From an uncultured bacterium (GTDB lineage: Bacteria; Eisenbacteria; RBG-16-71-46): a DNA stretch of 64,000 nt. Each line of letters opens with the position of its first letter. Within the stretch, counting starts at the first letter, position 1. The stretch covers positions 18,259-82,258 of the forward strand of contig CAZZLY010000003.1 in the NCBI GenBank assembly GCA_964655175.1. Direction: 5' to 3'. Under the pieces are notes generated by a model, which was not told the DNA's origin, made no database searches, and saw nothing but the letters and a program-made list of their open reading frames with translations. The position numbers and the translations under genes were made by a program. Below, piece after piece: positions 1-9,348 of the stretch.

Positions 1-326
1 CCGTGGGGGCTTCGACGCAGTCCTGGGTGGAATGGCGCGGGCTGCGGACCGGTCCCCTCGAGCGGTCTGCACGAGGGTCGTTCCGCGACCGCTCGGTCGT
101 CTGAGACGGCACTTCGAGCGACGATGCTAAACCCTTGTGGTGACGAGGGCTGACAGTATCACTGAACCGCTGTGGCGGGCCGTGCGCGAAGCCCGTGTAT
201 CCGCTACCACCTTTGGCCCACCTCTTGCGCTGCAGATGCTGGGGAGACCTCATCCTCACGCCGATCCAAGCGGCTCCCCGAGTCCATCACCGGCCCCATC
301 CCCACTTCCAGGACGTCCCTCTCCTC

Positions 327-2039
327 ATGAACCGTCTCGTCGTGTTCCTGATGGCGCTGGCCCTCGCGGGCCCGGCGTCCGCGCTCACGCTGTCCGGCAC
401 CGTCACGAAGGTCGGTGGTGGGGCGGTGTGGCCGTGCGACCTGGACATCATCAACCGGCAGACCAATCAGATGGTGCTGCTCACGAACGACTCGACGCTC
501 GTGAACGGGACCTACAACGTCACGCTGCCGGCCGGCCGCTACGACGTGTACTTCAAGCCGCGCAAGGGCCAGCACATCTTCCAGGGCGTCTATCTCGACG
601 TGCGCATGACCACGGCCAACGTCGTGATCAACCCCGCGCTGCCGCTGGGGCGTTACGTCTCCGGTCGCGTCGTGGGCGTGGACGGCGTCGGCGTCGCGGG
701 TGCCAACATCCGACTGGTGAGCCCCACGGGTGCGGCGCCGGTGAATCTCGAGGATTCGGGCACCAATCCCGACGGCACGTTCGCGACGCTGGTCGATCCC
801 GGGGTTTGGGACGTCGGTATCGTCCCGGCGCTCGCCGCGCGCAAGGCGCCGCTGTTGTTCCCGGACCAGCCCATGTCCACCGCGGACGTGAATCTGGGCA
901 CCGTCGTCGTGCCACCGGGTCGACTGCTCACCTGCTCGGTCACCGATGCGCTCGGCTTCCCCATCGCCAATGGCAGCGTCATGGTGCGTCACGTTCCGTC
1001 GCGCGAGAAGTTGTATCTGCCGTCGAACAACACCACGGCCGCGGGCGTCGCCTCGATCATCGTGCCCGACGGTACCTTCGACGTGATCGCCTGCCCGCCC
1101 AGCACGCAGGTCGCGACCTACGCCACGAACACGCTCTACAACCGTGTGGTCGCGGGTGCGGATCAGGTGCTGCCCAACTTCGCGCTACCCGCCGCCAAGC
1201 CGTTCACCGCCAAGGTCGTGGACTCCGGCGGTGCCGCGATCGTCAACGCCGACATCGACGTGGACTGGACGCAGCCCCCGGTCTATCCGCGCATCGAGAC
1301 CCCCAACGACTTCACGAGCGCCCTGGGCACGTTCACCGTGTACGTCCCGACCGGTCTGCAGCGGCTCACGGTGCAGCCCTCGATCGCCTCGAAGCGCATC
1401 CCCATCCGTCTCGACTCGCTCACGGTGGGCGCGACCGGGATCAATCTGGGCACGCTCGTGTGCCGCACCGGGCATTGGGTGGACGTCACCGTGCTCGACG
1501 GCGTCACCGGGCTGCCGCTCGTGGGTGCGAACGTCGGCCTGTATTCGGTCACCACCGGCGCGCGGCTCCTCACGATCAACAGCACCGCGGGCACCACCGG
1601 TCTCGTGCGCGTCGTCGCCGACACCGCGCGCTACACGCTCAAGGTCGTGCCACCGACGGTCGGCCTCGACACGATCCTCGTGACGGGGGCCGTGCAGTCG
1701 CTCGGGGACACGGCGTTCACCGTGCGCATGTGGCCGCCGAACACGTTGGGCGTGGGGGACCGCGCCGCGACCGCGCTGCGCTTCGGCGCGCCGTGGCCGA
1801 ATCCGTCGCGCGACGGCGTGTCGTTCGCGTTCGCGGGCCGGGGGATGGGCGCACTCGAGATTCTGGACCTCGCGGGACGCCGCGTGGCGTCCCCGTGGCG
1901 CGGCACCGCCGCCGGCGAGGGCTCCGCGCGTTGGAACGGTCGGGCCGACGACGGACGCCGTGTGCCGGGTGGGCTCTACTTCGCGCGACTGCGCATCGGC
2001 GACGAGACGCAGACGCGACGCATCGTGATCGCCGACTGA
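327..2039 (+). CDS. Secreted carboxypeptidase-regulatory-like (CarboxypepD_reg) repeat protein with FlgD-Ig/T9SS-type C-terminal domain
   Basis: ORF 195..2039 trimmed in frame to ATG 327, which gives the signal peptide MNRLVVFLMALALAGPASA. The body has repeated ~80-aa modules of the type SGxV...G.P...A.V......DG.Y...L..G.Y.V. The last ~90 aa (PWPNPSRDG...WNGRADDGRRVPGGLYFARLRIGDETQTRRIVIAD) match the tail shared with the CDSs at 16795..19515 and 35245..36546. Confidence 0.7.
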   Translation: MNRLVVFLMALALAGPASALTLSGTVTKVGGGAVWPCDLDIINRQTNQMVLLTNDSTLVNGTYNVTLPAGRYDVYFKPRKGQHIFQGVYLDVRMTTANVVINPALPLGRYVSGRVVGVDGVGVAGANIRLVSPTGAAPVNLEDSGTNPDGTFATLVDPGVWDVGIVPALAARKAPLLFPDQPMSTADVNLGTVVVPPGRLLTCSVTDALGFPIANGSVMVRHVPSREKLYLPSNNTTAAGVASIIVPDGTFDVIACPPSTQVATYATNTLYNRVVAGADQVLPNFALPAAKPFTAKVVDSGGAAIVNADIDVDWTQPPVYPRIETPNDFTSALGTFTVYVPTGLQRLTVQPSIASKRIPIRLDSLTVGATGINLGTLVCRTGHWVDVTVLDGVTGLPLVGANVGLYSVTTGARLLTINSTAGTTGLVRVVADTARYTLKVVPPTVGLDTILVTGAVQSLGDTAFTVRMWPPNTLGVGDRAATALRFGAPWPNPSRDGVSFAFAGRGMGALEILDLAGRRVASPWRGTAAGEGSARWNGRADDGRRVPGGLYFARLRIGDETQTRRIVIAD

Positions 2040-2058
2040 CGTCCGCAGTGATGACGTG

Positions 2059-2093
2059 CGAAGCCCCCGGGGAGCGTTTCCCCGGGGGCTTCG
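2059..2093. terminator. Bidirectional GC-rich hairpin between convergent genes
   Basis: Perfect 15-bp stem CGAAGCCCCCGGGGA / TCCCCGGGGGCTTCG with a 5-nt loop. It sits between the stop at 2037-2039 (+) and the stop at 2118-2120 (-). There is no clear U-tract. Confidence 0.6.
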
Positions 2094-2117
2094 TGCTTCA
2101 GGTGCGGGCCCTGCCGC

Positions 2118-5100
2118 TCAGCGCCGCTTGCCCCACGTGGGCGCGGGCGGCTCCTTCATGAGGCGCTCGACCGGCTTGGCCGCGAGTTCGTCGAGCGCGA
2201 TGCGCACCGCGCGCTCGAGCTGCGCGTCGTGGCCCGCGACCACGTCCTTGGGCCAGTTCTCCACGTCCACGTCGGGGGCGACGCCCTCGTTCTCGACCGC
2301 CCAGCGGCCCTCGCCGCCGGCCGCGAAGTAGCCGCCGCGTGGCGCGATCATCGAACCGCCGTCCACGAACGTGGGCGTGTCCGCGGTGTGTACGAGACCG
2401 CCCCAGGTGCGCTTGCCGACGATCGTGCCGATGCGGCGCGCGTGGAACATGTACGGCAGGTAGTCGCCGCCCGAGCCCGACATCTCGTTCACGAGCATCA
2501 CCTTGGGCCCCCAGATGCCGGCCGCGGGGCTGGTGAACGGCACGCGATCGCCGGCCACGTTGTTGAAGTAGCCGTCGAACGTGCGCTGCATGACCTCGAT
2601 CATGTAGTCGGCCGCCGAACCCCCGCCGTTGTAGCGCTCGTCCACGATCACGCCGGGCTTGTCCTGCTGCGAGAAGTAGTAGCGGTTGAAGCTCGAGTAG
2701 CCGGGCTGGCCGGTGTTGGGCACGTAGACGTAGGCGAGCCTGCCGCCCGATAGGCGATCCACCGTGCGGCGGTTGTCCTCGACCCAGGCGCGCGTACGCA
2801 GCGTCTGCTCGTTCGCGACCGGCACCACGGTGATCGTGCGCGCGCCCGCGAGGGTGGGCCGATCGCTCACGGTGAGCACGGTCTGCTTGCCCGCCGTGCC
2901 GTCGAGCAGGCGGTACACGTCGTCGGTGCCCCGCAGTTCCTCGCCGTTCACCGCCAGCAGGTAGTCGCCGCGCGCGACGCGCACGCCCGGCACCGCGAGC
3001 GGCGCCTTGAGCTCGGGGTTCCAGTTCTCGTTGTCGTAGATCCGCTCGAAGCGGTAACGACCGGACTCGACCGTGAAGTCGGCGCCCAGCAGGCCACCGT
3101 TGCTCGTCGGCATCTCGGGCAGGTCGCCCCCGCGCACGTACGAGTGCCCGATGGCGATCTCGGCGCCCATCATGTCGAGCAGGTAGTTGAGGTCGGCGCG
3201 ATGCCGCACCCACGGCAACAGACGACCGTAGTGCTCGCGCATGCGCGGCCAGTCGGTGCCGTGCAGGTTGGGCTGGTACAGGTAGTCGCGCTGGTTGCGC
3301 CAGCCCTCCGCGAAGATCTGCGCGAACTCGGCGGTCGGGTCCACCGTCATGCGGAGCGCGTACGTGAGCTTGCCCGTGCCCGCGGCAGGGGCGGCCTTGT
3401 CGGCGTCGACGAGGAACAGCGACGGCGGGGTGGGGCGGGCGTTCGGAGCCCCCGCGCCACCGGAGGGCGGTGCGGCGGTGCGGTACACGAGCCGCTTGCC
3501 GTCGGCGCTCACCGCGTAATCCACGACGTCGCTCGCGAACGCCGTGGGCTTGCGATCGGCGACCTTGTAGCGCTGCAGTGTGCCGCCCGCACCCGGCGTC
3601 GCGCCGATCGCCGTCTCGAGGTAATAGACCGTCCCGGCCGCGCCCGCCTTGAGGAGCGCGTACGGCTTCTCGCTCACGCCCGGGGCGGTCACGATGCGGC
3701 CCGCGAGTCCCTCGAAGTCGATGCGCACCGTCGGCGTCGCGCTCTTCGGTGCGCTCGGCGTCACGGGCGCGGCCGCGCCCTTGTCGCCACGCTTCGTCGT
3801 TCCGGTGCCCGCATCCGCGGGCTTGTCGCTCGGCTTGTCCGCACCGGCGGTGAGCCCCGCGTCCTCGTCGCTCTCCAGCGTGAACGGCGTCGCGTCGTCC
3901 TTCGCGAGCACGGCCGCGTACAACGCGAACGTCTCGTCGCGATCGTACGAGGTCATGTCGAGCCACTGCGACTTGAGGCCGTAGTCGGTCGAGGCGAGGA
4001 ACCACAGTAGCTTGCCGCCCGCGTCGAACACGGGATGCACGGCGTCGGCGAGTCCGTCGGTCACCTGATGCGACGTGCCCGTCTCGACGTCCGCGACGAA
4101 GATCGCGCGGTAGAGCGAGTTGAGATGCGCCGAATACGCCACCCAGCGCGAGTCGGGGCTCCAGGTGGGGAACAGCGTGCGCTGCGGCACCATCCACGGG
4201 TCGCGGCCCACGACCTTGGCGGTGCCGGCGGCGACGTCGGCGACCCACACGCGCAGGTTCGTGTCGTGGTACAGGATGCGCTTGGAATCGGGCGACCACG
4301 ACACGGTGTAGGCGTGGCCGGGGTTGGGCAGGTCCAGCGTGCGCGGCGGGGCGTTACCGTCCGGCGATTCGATCGTCAGGCGGTACTCGCCCGAGCGATC
4401 GCTCCAGTACGCGATCCACTGGCCGTCGGGGGACCACGCCGGATCGCGTTCGGCCGAACCCGGCGAACGCGTGAGGTTGCGCACGTCGCCCTTCTCGGAC
4501 GGGATCGTGAACACCTCGCCGCGCGCCTCGCACAGCACGCGCTTGCCCGTCGGCGACAGGCTCAGATTCGCGAGTCGGCCACCCACGTCCTCGCTGCGCG
4601 GCAGCATCCACGGGAAGTCGCCGTCGGCGCGAATGGGGACGACGCGCTCCTGCTTCGTGCGCGGGTCGTACTCGTGCACCAGCCCCGCCTGCTCGAACAC
4701 GACCACGCCGGCTCCGGCGTCGAGCGTCTTGACGTCGTCGTCCGTGAAACGGGTCCACGGCTGCAGATCGCGGCCCTGCGCATCGCACGACCAGACGTTC
4801 GCCACGCCGTCGCGATCGCTCACGAACACGACGCGGTCGCCGAGCCAGACCGGGTCCATGTCCTTGGAGCCGGTCCATTCCGGCGTCACGGTCTCGAGCG
4901 TGGCGAGGTCGGTGATCCACACCGGGCGGTTCTGGCCGCCGCGGTAGTTGCGGCGCTCCTCGTCCCACGAGTTGTTGAGGCGGTAGGCGACGCGCTTGCC
5001 GTCGGGCGAGACGCGGCCCTGATAGGCGCGCGGCAGCACCATGGCGGTCTCGGGGCCGCCCTCGAGCGGCACCGTCCAGAACCGCGGTGCCGGGCTCGGT

Positions 5101-5510
5101 GCGGCCGACGCGCGGCCCGAGGCGAACACGATCGCACGGCCGTCGGGCATCCAGCCCTGCACCTGATCGGCGCCCGGGTGCCACGTGAGCCGGCGCGGCG
5201 CACCGCCCTCGGCGGCGACGACCCAGACGTCGAGGTTGCCCGCGACCTCGCTCGAGAACGCGATCCACTTGCCGTCGGGCGAGAACACCGGATGGCTCGT
5301 GAGTCCCGGGCTGCTCGTGAGTCGCTTGGCCTCGCCACCGGCGCGCGGCACCACCCACAGGTTCTGCGCGTACACGAACGCGATCCGATCGGCGCTCACC
5401 GCGGGCGAGCGCAGCATGCGCGTCGCGGACGCGGGCACCTCGGCGTGCGCGAGGCCCACGAGGGCGGTGACGAGGAGCGGGACGAGACACGACCACGGCT
5501 TCGGGGACAT
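2118..5510 (-). CDS. Tricorn protease homolog (peptidase S41 family, beta-propeller + PDZ + S41 core)
   Basis: ORF 2118..6275 trimmed in frame to ATG 5510, giving MSPKPWSCLVPLLVTALVGLAHA (signal peptide). It has many SPDG(K/Q)(W/R)(I/V)A(F/Y) propeller repeats and a C-terminal S41-type region (GKRTWGGLVH). At ~1130 aa it is the length of tricorn-like proteases. The upstream 255 codons of the ORF are Arg-rich shadow. Confidence 0.85.
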   Translation of the reverse strand: MSPKPWSCLVPLLVTALVGLAHAEVPASATRMLRSPAVSADRIAFVYAQNLWVVPRAGGEAKRLTSSPGLTSHPVFSPDGKWIAFSSEVAGNLDVWVVAAEGGAPRRLTWHPGADQVQGWMPDGRAIVFASGRASAAPSPAPRFWTVPLEGGPETAMVLPRAYQGRVSPDGKRVAYRLNNSWDEERRNYRGGQNRPVWITDLATLETVTPEWTGSKDMDPVWLGDRVVFVSDRDGVANVWSCDAQGRDLQPWTRFTDDDVKTLDAGAGVVVFEQAGLVHEYDPRTKQERVVPIRADGDFPWMLPRSEDVGGRLANLSLSPTGKRVLCEARGEVFTIPSEKGDVRNLTRSPGSAERDPAWSPDGQWIAYWSDRSGEYRLTIESPDGNAPPRTLDLPNPGHAYTVSWSPDSKRILYHDTNLRVWVADVAAGTAKVVGRDPWMVPQRTLFPTWSPDSRWVAYSAHLNSLYRAIFVADVETGTSHQVTDGLADAVHPVFDAGGKLLWFLASTDYGLKSQWLDMTSYDRDETFALYAAVLAKDDATPFTLESDEDAGLTAGADKPSDKPADAGTGTTKRGDKGAAAPVTPSAPKSATPTVRIDFEGLAGRIVTAPGVSEKPYALLKAGAAGTVYYLETAIGATPGAGGTLQRYKVADRKPTAFASDVVDYAVSADGKRLVYRTAAPPSGGAGAPNARPTPPSLFLVDADKAAPAAGTGKLTYALRMTVDPTAEFAQIFAEGWRNQRDYLYQPNLHGTDWPRMREHYGRLLPWVRHRADLNYLLDMMGAEIAIGHSYVRGGDLPEMPTSNGGLLGADFTVESGRYRFERIYDNENWNPELKAPLAVPGVRVARGDYLLAVNGEELRGTDDVYRLLDGTAGKQTVLTVSDRPTLAGARTITVVPVANEQTLRTRAWVEDNRRTVDRLSGGRLAYVYVPNTGQPGYSSFNRYYFSQQDKPGVIVDERYNGGGSAADYMIEVMQRTFDGYFNNVAGDRVPFTSPAAGIWGPKVMLVNEMSGSGGDYLPYMFHARRIGTIVGKRTWGGLVHTADTPTFVDGGSMIAPRGGYFAAGGEGRWAVENEGVAPDVDVENWPKDVVAGHDAQLERAVRIALDELAAKPVERLMKEPPAPTWGKRR

Positions 5511-5726
5511 GACGGGACTCTCCGGAGGCAGGGGGACCGCGGGAACGGAGACGGCAGACGGGCAGCCTACTCCCGCCCGCGCGACGCGCGCACGCGCCGG
5601 GCGGGGCCGTGCGACCTGCGCGGTCCCGGGGCCGACGAGCGCGTTCTGCACGGGGCGGTGCGGCCTTCCGCGACCGCCGCACACCGCCCCCGCGGGGGAC
5701 GGGCACCGGCTTGGTATCCTCAAGGG

Positions 5727-6377
5727 ATGGAACGTGTTCTGCGCATCCTGCTGATCCGGCACGGCGAGAGCGAGAGCAACGCGGGGGCGGTCACCGACGA
5801 CGCCACGTCCGCGTCGCTCACGCCGCTCGGCGTGCGTCAGGCGCATGCGATCGCCGAGTGGCTGGACGAGGCGCCGGCGCGCATCGTCGTCTCGCCGTAT
5901 CGGCGCGCGCAGCAGACCGCCGCCGTGACGCTCGCGCGGCATGCGCACGTTTCCGTCGAGACCTGGCCGGTGCAGGAGTTCACGTATCTGTCGCCCGCGG
6001 CGCACGCCGGCACGTCCGCCGCGATGCGCGAGCCCGCCGCCCGAGCGTACTGGGCCGCCGCCGACGCGCACGCCGTGACGGGTGAGGGGGCCGAGTCCTT
6101 CGCCGCGTTCATGGCGCGGGTGCATGCGACGCGCGCGCGCCTCGAGGCGCTGCCCGAGGGTGTCGTGGCGGTGTTCTCGCACAAGAAGTTCCTCAACGCG
6201 CTGCGTTGGGTCTGGCTCACGGGCGAGGCGGCCGCGAGCACGAGTCGCATGGTGCGCTTCCGCGAGTTCGATCACGCGATGCCGTTCGCCAACGGCGGCA
6301 TCGGCGAGGTGCGTGTCACCGCCGGTGCGGCGTGGGTGGGCCCGGTGGTCGTGCCGACGCGGGCGGAGGTGGCGTGA
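5727..6377 (+). CDS. Histidine phosphatase family protein (phosphoglycerate mutase-like)
   Basis: C-terminal part of ORF 4035..6377, starting at ATG 5727 (MERVLRILLIRHGESESN, the RHG catalytic motif). A later VFSHKKF motif is also present. The stop overlaps the next start (TGATG at 6375-6379). Confidence 0.8.
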   Translation: MERVLRILLIRHGESESNAGAVTDDATSASLTPLGVRQAHAIAEWLDEAPARIVVSPYRRAQQTAAVTLARHAHVSVETWPVQEFTYLSPAAHAGTSAAMREPAARAYWAAADAHAVTGEGAESFAAFMARVHATRARLEALPEGVVAVFSHKKFLNALRWVWLTGEAAASTSRMVRFREFDHAMPFANGGIGEVRVTAGAAWVGPVVVPTRAEVA

Positions 6378-8491
6378 TGCGCGTCGGCTACGTGCTCAAG
6401 GTGTATCCGCGCCTGTCGCAGACCTTCATCGTCAACGAGATCCGCGCCCACGAGGCCGCCGGGCTCGAGGTGGTGGTGTTCTCGCTGCGTCGTCCCAAGG
6501 CGTCGGACCTCGCGGTGCTCGACGGGTCGCTCCGGGCGGAGGTCGTGCAACTCGACGGTCCCGACGAGGCGCTCGAGGCGCAACTCGTCGCGGCCGCGCG
6601 CGCGCGCGGCATCACGCATCTGCACGCGCACTTCGCCAAGCTCGCCACGCGGGTGGCCCGTTCGGCCGCGCGCACGCTGGGGGTGCCGTACTCGTTCACC
6701 GCGCACGCGCGCGACATCTTCGAGGACAGCGTCGATCCGGTCGCGCTGCGGGACTACGTGCGCGACGCGGCGCAGGTCGTCACCGTGAGCCGCTTCAACG
6801 TCGAGTTCCTGGAGCGCACCCATGGACGGCGCGCGTCGCTCGTCTACAACGGGCTGCCGCTCGAGTCGTTCCCGTACAGCGCGCCGCGGGACCGCGCCCC
6901 GGTCGTGCTCGCGGTGGGCCGTCTCATCGCGAAGAAGGGCTTCGCCGATCTCATCGAGGCGGCGGCGATCCTGGCGCGCGAGGGCGTGTCGTTCCGCTGC
7001 GACGTCGTGGGCGAGGGCGAGGAACGCGAGGCACTGGCGGCGCGCATCGCGGCGCACGGCCTCGCCGATCGCGTACGACTGTGGGGTGCCCGCTCGCCCG
7101 AACAGGTGCGGGCGCACATGCGCGAGGCCGCCGTGCTCGCGGCACCGTGCGTGGTGGCCGCCGACGGCGATCGTGACGGCCTGCCCACGGTGCTGCTCGA
7201 GGCCATGGCGCTCGGCACGCCGTGCGTGGGGACCGACGTCACCGGCATCCCCGAGGCGATCACCGACGGCGTGACCGGCCGGATCGTGGCGCAGCACGAC
7301 CCGACCGCCCTCGCGGCCGCGCTGCGCGCGCTGCTCGCCGACGCGGGTGAACGCGTGCGTCTCGCCGAGGCGGCGCGTGCGCTCGTCGAGCGACGATTCT
7401 CGAGCGCGGCCAACACGCGACGCCTGCGCGCGCTGTGGGGCGCACAGCCGTTGCGCGTGCTGTTCCGCGTCTACAATCGCCGTGGACTGGGGCATTGGAT
7501 GCGCGGGCTGAACATCGCGCGCGAGCTGCTCGCACTGGAACCGGCCACCGAGGTGCGGTTCCTCACGCGGTCCGAGCCGCCGTTCCCGATCGACGATGCC
7601 CGCATCCGTCATCAGGTGGCCGAGGATCCCGCGACGCTGGATGCGCTGCCCCCGGAACTGGCGGCGTTCGCCCCCGACGTGGTGGTGGACGACACGATGC
7701 CGCCGACCCGACTCACCGAGGAGGGCGCACGCCACGTGTTCGTCATGCGCCGTTGCGCCGACGAGCGGCAGGCGCAGGTGTTCGCGCATCCGCAGGTCGC
7801 CGCCATGGACGCGATCGTGGTGCCGCACACGCGCGAGGGATTCGGGCACGAGCTGCCGTCCCCGCTCGAGCCGCGCACGACGTTCGTGGGACCCATCGCG
7901 CGCCGCGCCTCGGCCGAGCGCACCGCGGCGCTGCGCGCGCGTCTGGGACTCGTCGACAGGGGCTTCACCCTGGTCTCGACGCCGGGCGGCGGCGGTTTCG
8001 CCGACGACGTGGCGCACTTCGTGGCGGTGGCGCGCGCCGCGCACGCGCGACTGGCGGGGCTCGTGCGCGGCTTCCGGCACGTGCTCGTGCTGGGGCCCAA
8101 CGCGACGCTCGCGGTCGAGCCGGTGGACGACGCCATGATCGTGCTCGCGAGCGAGCCCGAGATGGCGAGCCTGCTCGCGAGCGCCGACGCCGTGCTGTCC
8201 GCGGGCGGCTACAACAGCGTGAGCGAGATCCGGCTCGAGCGCCGTCCGGCGTTCTTCCTGCCCGGGCATCGCACGCACGACGATCAGCGCCAGCGGGTCG
8301 CCGAACTCGCCGAGCGCGGCCTCGCCGAGGTGCTGCCGACCGACGACGTCGCGGCGGCGGCGGAGCACCTCGCGGCGGCCTGTCTCGCGCCCGAACGGCT
8401 GGCCGCCATGCACGCGGCCTACGCGCACGACGACTTCGCGACCGGCAATCGTCGGGCCGCCGAGACCGTGCTGAGGTGCGCGCGATGCTGA
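6377..8491 (+). CDS. Bifunctional glycosyltransferase: N-terminal GT4-like GT-B domain fused to a second COG4671/GT28-like GT-B domain
   Basis: ATG 6377 is in frame within ORF 6206..8491. The N-terminal half reads MRVGYVLKVYPRLSQTFIVNEI...VGRLIAKKGF...EGLPTVLLEAMALGTPCVGTDVTGIPE, which is GT4-like. The C-terminal half reads LRVLFRVYNRRGLGHWMRGLNIAREL...STPGGGGF...LSAGGYNSVSEI, which resembles the MurG/COG4671-type nucleotide-sugar binding half. 704 aa. Confidence 0.75.
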   Translation: MRVGYVLKVYPRLSQTFIVNEIRAHEAAGLEVVVFSLRRPKASDLAVLDGSLRAEVVQLDGPDEALEAQLVAAARARGITHLHAHFAKLATRVARSAARTLGVPYSFTAHARDIFEDSVDPVALRDYVRDAAQVVTVSRFNVEFLERTHGRRASLVYNGLPLESFPYSAPRDRAPVVLAVGRLIAKKGFADLIEAAAILAREGVSFRCDVVGEGEEREALAARIAAHGLADRVRLWGARSPEQVRAHMREAAVLAAPCVVAADGDRDGLPTVLLEAMALGTPCVGTDVTGIPEAITDGVTGRIVAQHDPTALAAALRALLADAGERVRLAEAARALVERRFSSAANTRRLRALWGAQPLRVLFRVYNRRGLGHWMRGLNIARELLALEPATEVRFLTRSEPPFPIDDARIRHQVAEDPATLDALPPELAAFAPDVVVDDTMPPTRLTEEGARHVFVMRRCADERQAQVFAHPQVAAMDAIVVPHTREGFGHELPSPLEPRTTFVGPIARRASAERTAALRARLGLVDRGFTLVSTPGGGGFADDVAHFVAVARAAHARLAGLVRGFRHVLVLGPNATLAVEPVDDAMIVLASEPEMASLLASADAVLSAGGYNSVSEIRLERRPAFFLPGHRTHDDQRQRVAELAERGLAEVLPTDDVAAAAEHLAAACLAPERLAAMHAAYAHDDFATGNRRAAETVLRCARC

Positions 8492-9348
8492 ACGACCGCA
8501 TCTTCGGTTCGGGCGGGGAACTCGCGGAGCGCCATCCGGGGCCGTGGGTGCCGCGCATGCTCGACGCCTCGCCCGAGGGCCGCGCCGTCGTCGAATGGCG
8601 GCAGGGCGATCGCGTGCTCATCGCCAAGCTGCGTCCCGATGGCGGAGGGGCCGCGCAGCTCGCGTTGTTGCGCCAGTTGCACGCGTCCGCCACCGCGACG
8701 CTGCGCGTCCCCGAGCCCATCACGTGGCTCGAGGCCTCGCGCGCGCTGGTGACCGGTGCCGCGAGCGGCGCGTCGTGCCGTCATGCCGATCCGTTGCAGG
8801 ACTCCGCGGTGTTCGAGCGCATCGGTCGTGCGCTGGCGGAGTTCCATGCACTCGCCGTGGTGCCGGGGCCCGCCAAGCGACTCGAGGACCACATCGAGGA
8901 GTTGATCCGACCCGCGCCGCGCGTGCTCGCCGCCGCGCTGCCGCAGTACGCGGTGCGCATCACGCGCGCACTCGCACGTCTGGAGGAGGAGAGCGCGGAG
9001 TGGGGGCTGATCCCGGTGACGCCGCTGCATCGCGACTTCCATCTGCGACAGCTCTTCGACGACGGCGTGCACGTCACCGTGATCGATTGGGACGATGCCG
9101 CATCGGGGGACCCCGCCTTCGACGTGGGTTACTTCACGGCGTATCTGCGGTCGCACCTCTCGAGCGAGGCCGCCGCCGTCGGGATCGACGCGTTCCGGCG
9201 CGGCTACGGGGGCAACGCGTCGTTGTGGGCGCGCGTCCCCGTGTACGAGCGCTTCAACGCACTGCGCCGCGCGTGCCGCCGGTTCCGTCTCCAGGACAAC
9301 GGCTGGCAGCGCGAACTCGAGGCGATGTTCGCGCGTCTCGAGGACTGA
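8485..9348 (+). CDS. Phosphotransferase-family kinase (APH/choline-kinase fold)
   Basis: ATG 8485 is in frame in ORF 7435..9348 and overlaps the upstream stop (ATGCTGA). It carries a Brenner-like catalytic loop (LHRDFHLRQL) and a metal-binding motif (VIDWDDAASGDPAFDVGYF). Confidence 0.7.
   Translation: MLNDRIFGSGGELAERHPGPWVPRMLDASPEGRAVVEWRQGDRVLIAKLRPDGGGAAQLALLRQLHASATATLRVPEPITWLEASRALVTGAASGASCRHADPLQDSAVFERIGRALAEFHALAVVPGPAKRLEDHIEELIRPAPRVLAAALPQYAVRITRALARLEEESAEWGLIPVTPLHRDFHLRQLFDDGVHVTVIDWDDAASGDPAFDVGYFTAYLRSHLSSEAAAVGIDAFRRGYGGNASLWARVPVYERFNALRRACRRFRLQDNGWQRELEAMFARLED

Noticed and set aside
135-162. Sigma-70-like TTGTGG-N16-TATCAC upstream of the first gene
   Set aside because: It is a weak match, about 165 nt from the ATG, and the promoter consensus for this lineage is unknown. 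This is not enough to call.
137-2161. 674-aa ORF overlapping the first secreted-protein gene in another + frame
   Set aside because: The composition is extremely Arg/Gly/Ala/His-rich with no motifs. This is typical out-of-frame translation of GC-rich coding DNA. The 327..2039 frame has a signal peptide and domain repeats.
2098-4299. 733-aa minus-strand ORF overlapping the tricorn-like gene
   Set aside because: It is an Arg-rich shadow frame. The alternative minus frame encodes a full-length S41/tricorn-like protein.
4035-5726. Upstream 564 codons of ORF 4035..6377
   Set aside because: This is a shadow of the tricorn gene on the opposite strand. Only the last 216 codons (from ATG 5727, RHGES motif) look like a protein.
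5511-6275. N-terminal 255-codon extension of the tricorn ORF (ORF track start 6275)
   Set aside because: The extension is Arg-rich and runs antisense through the histidine phosphatase gene. A signal peptide begins at the internal ATG 5510.
6272-8428. 718-aa minus-strand ORF antisense to the glycosyltransferase fusion
   Set aside because: Arg/His/Glu-rich low-complexity sequence with no recognisable domain. The sense frame has two GT-B units.
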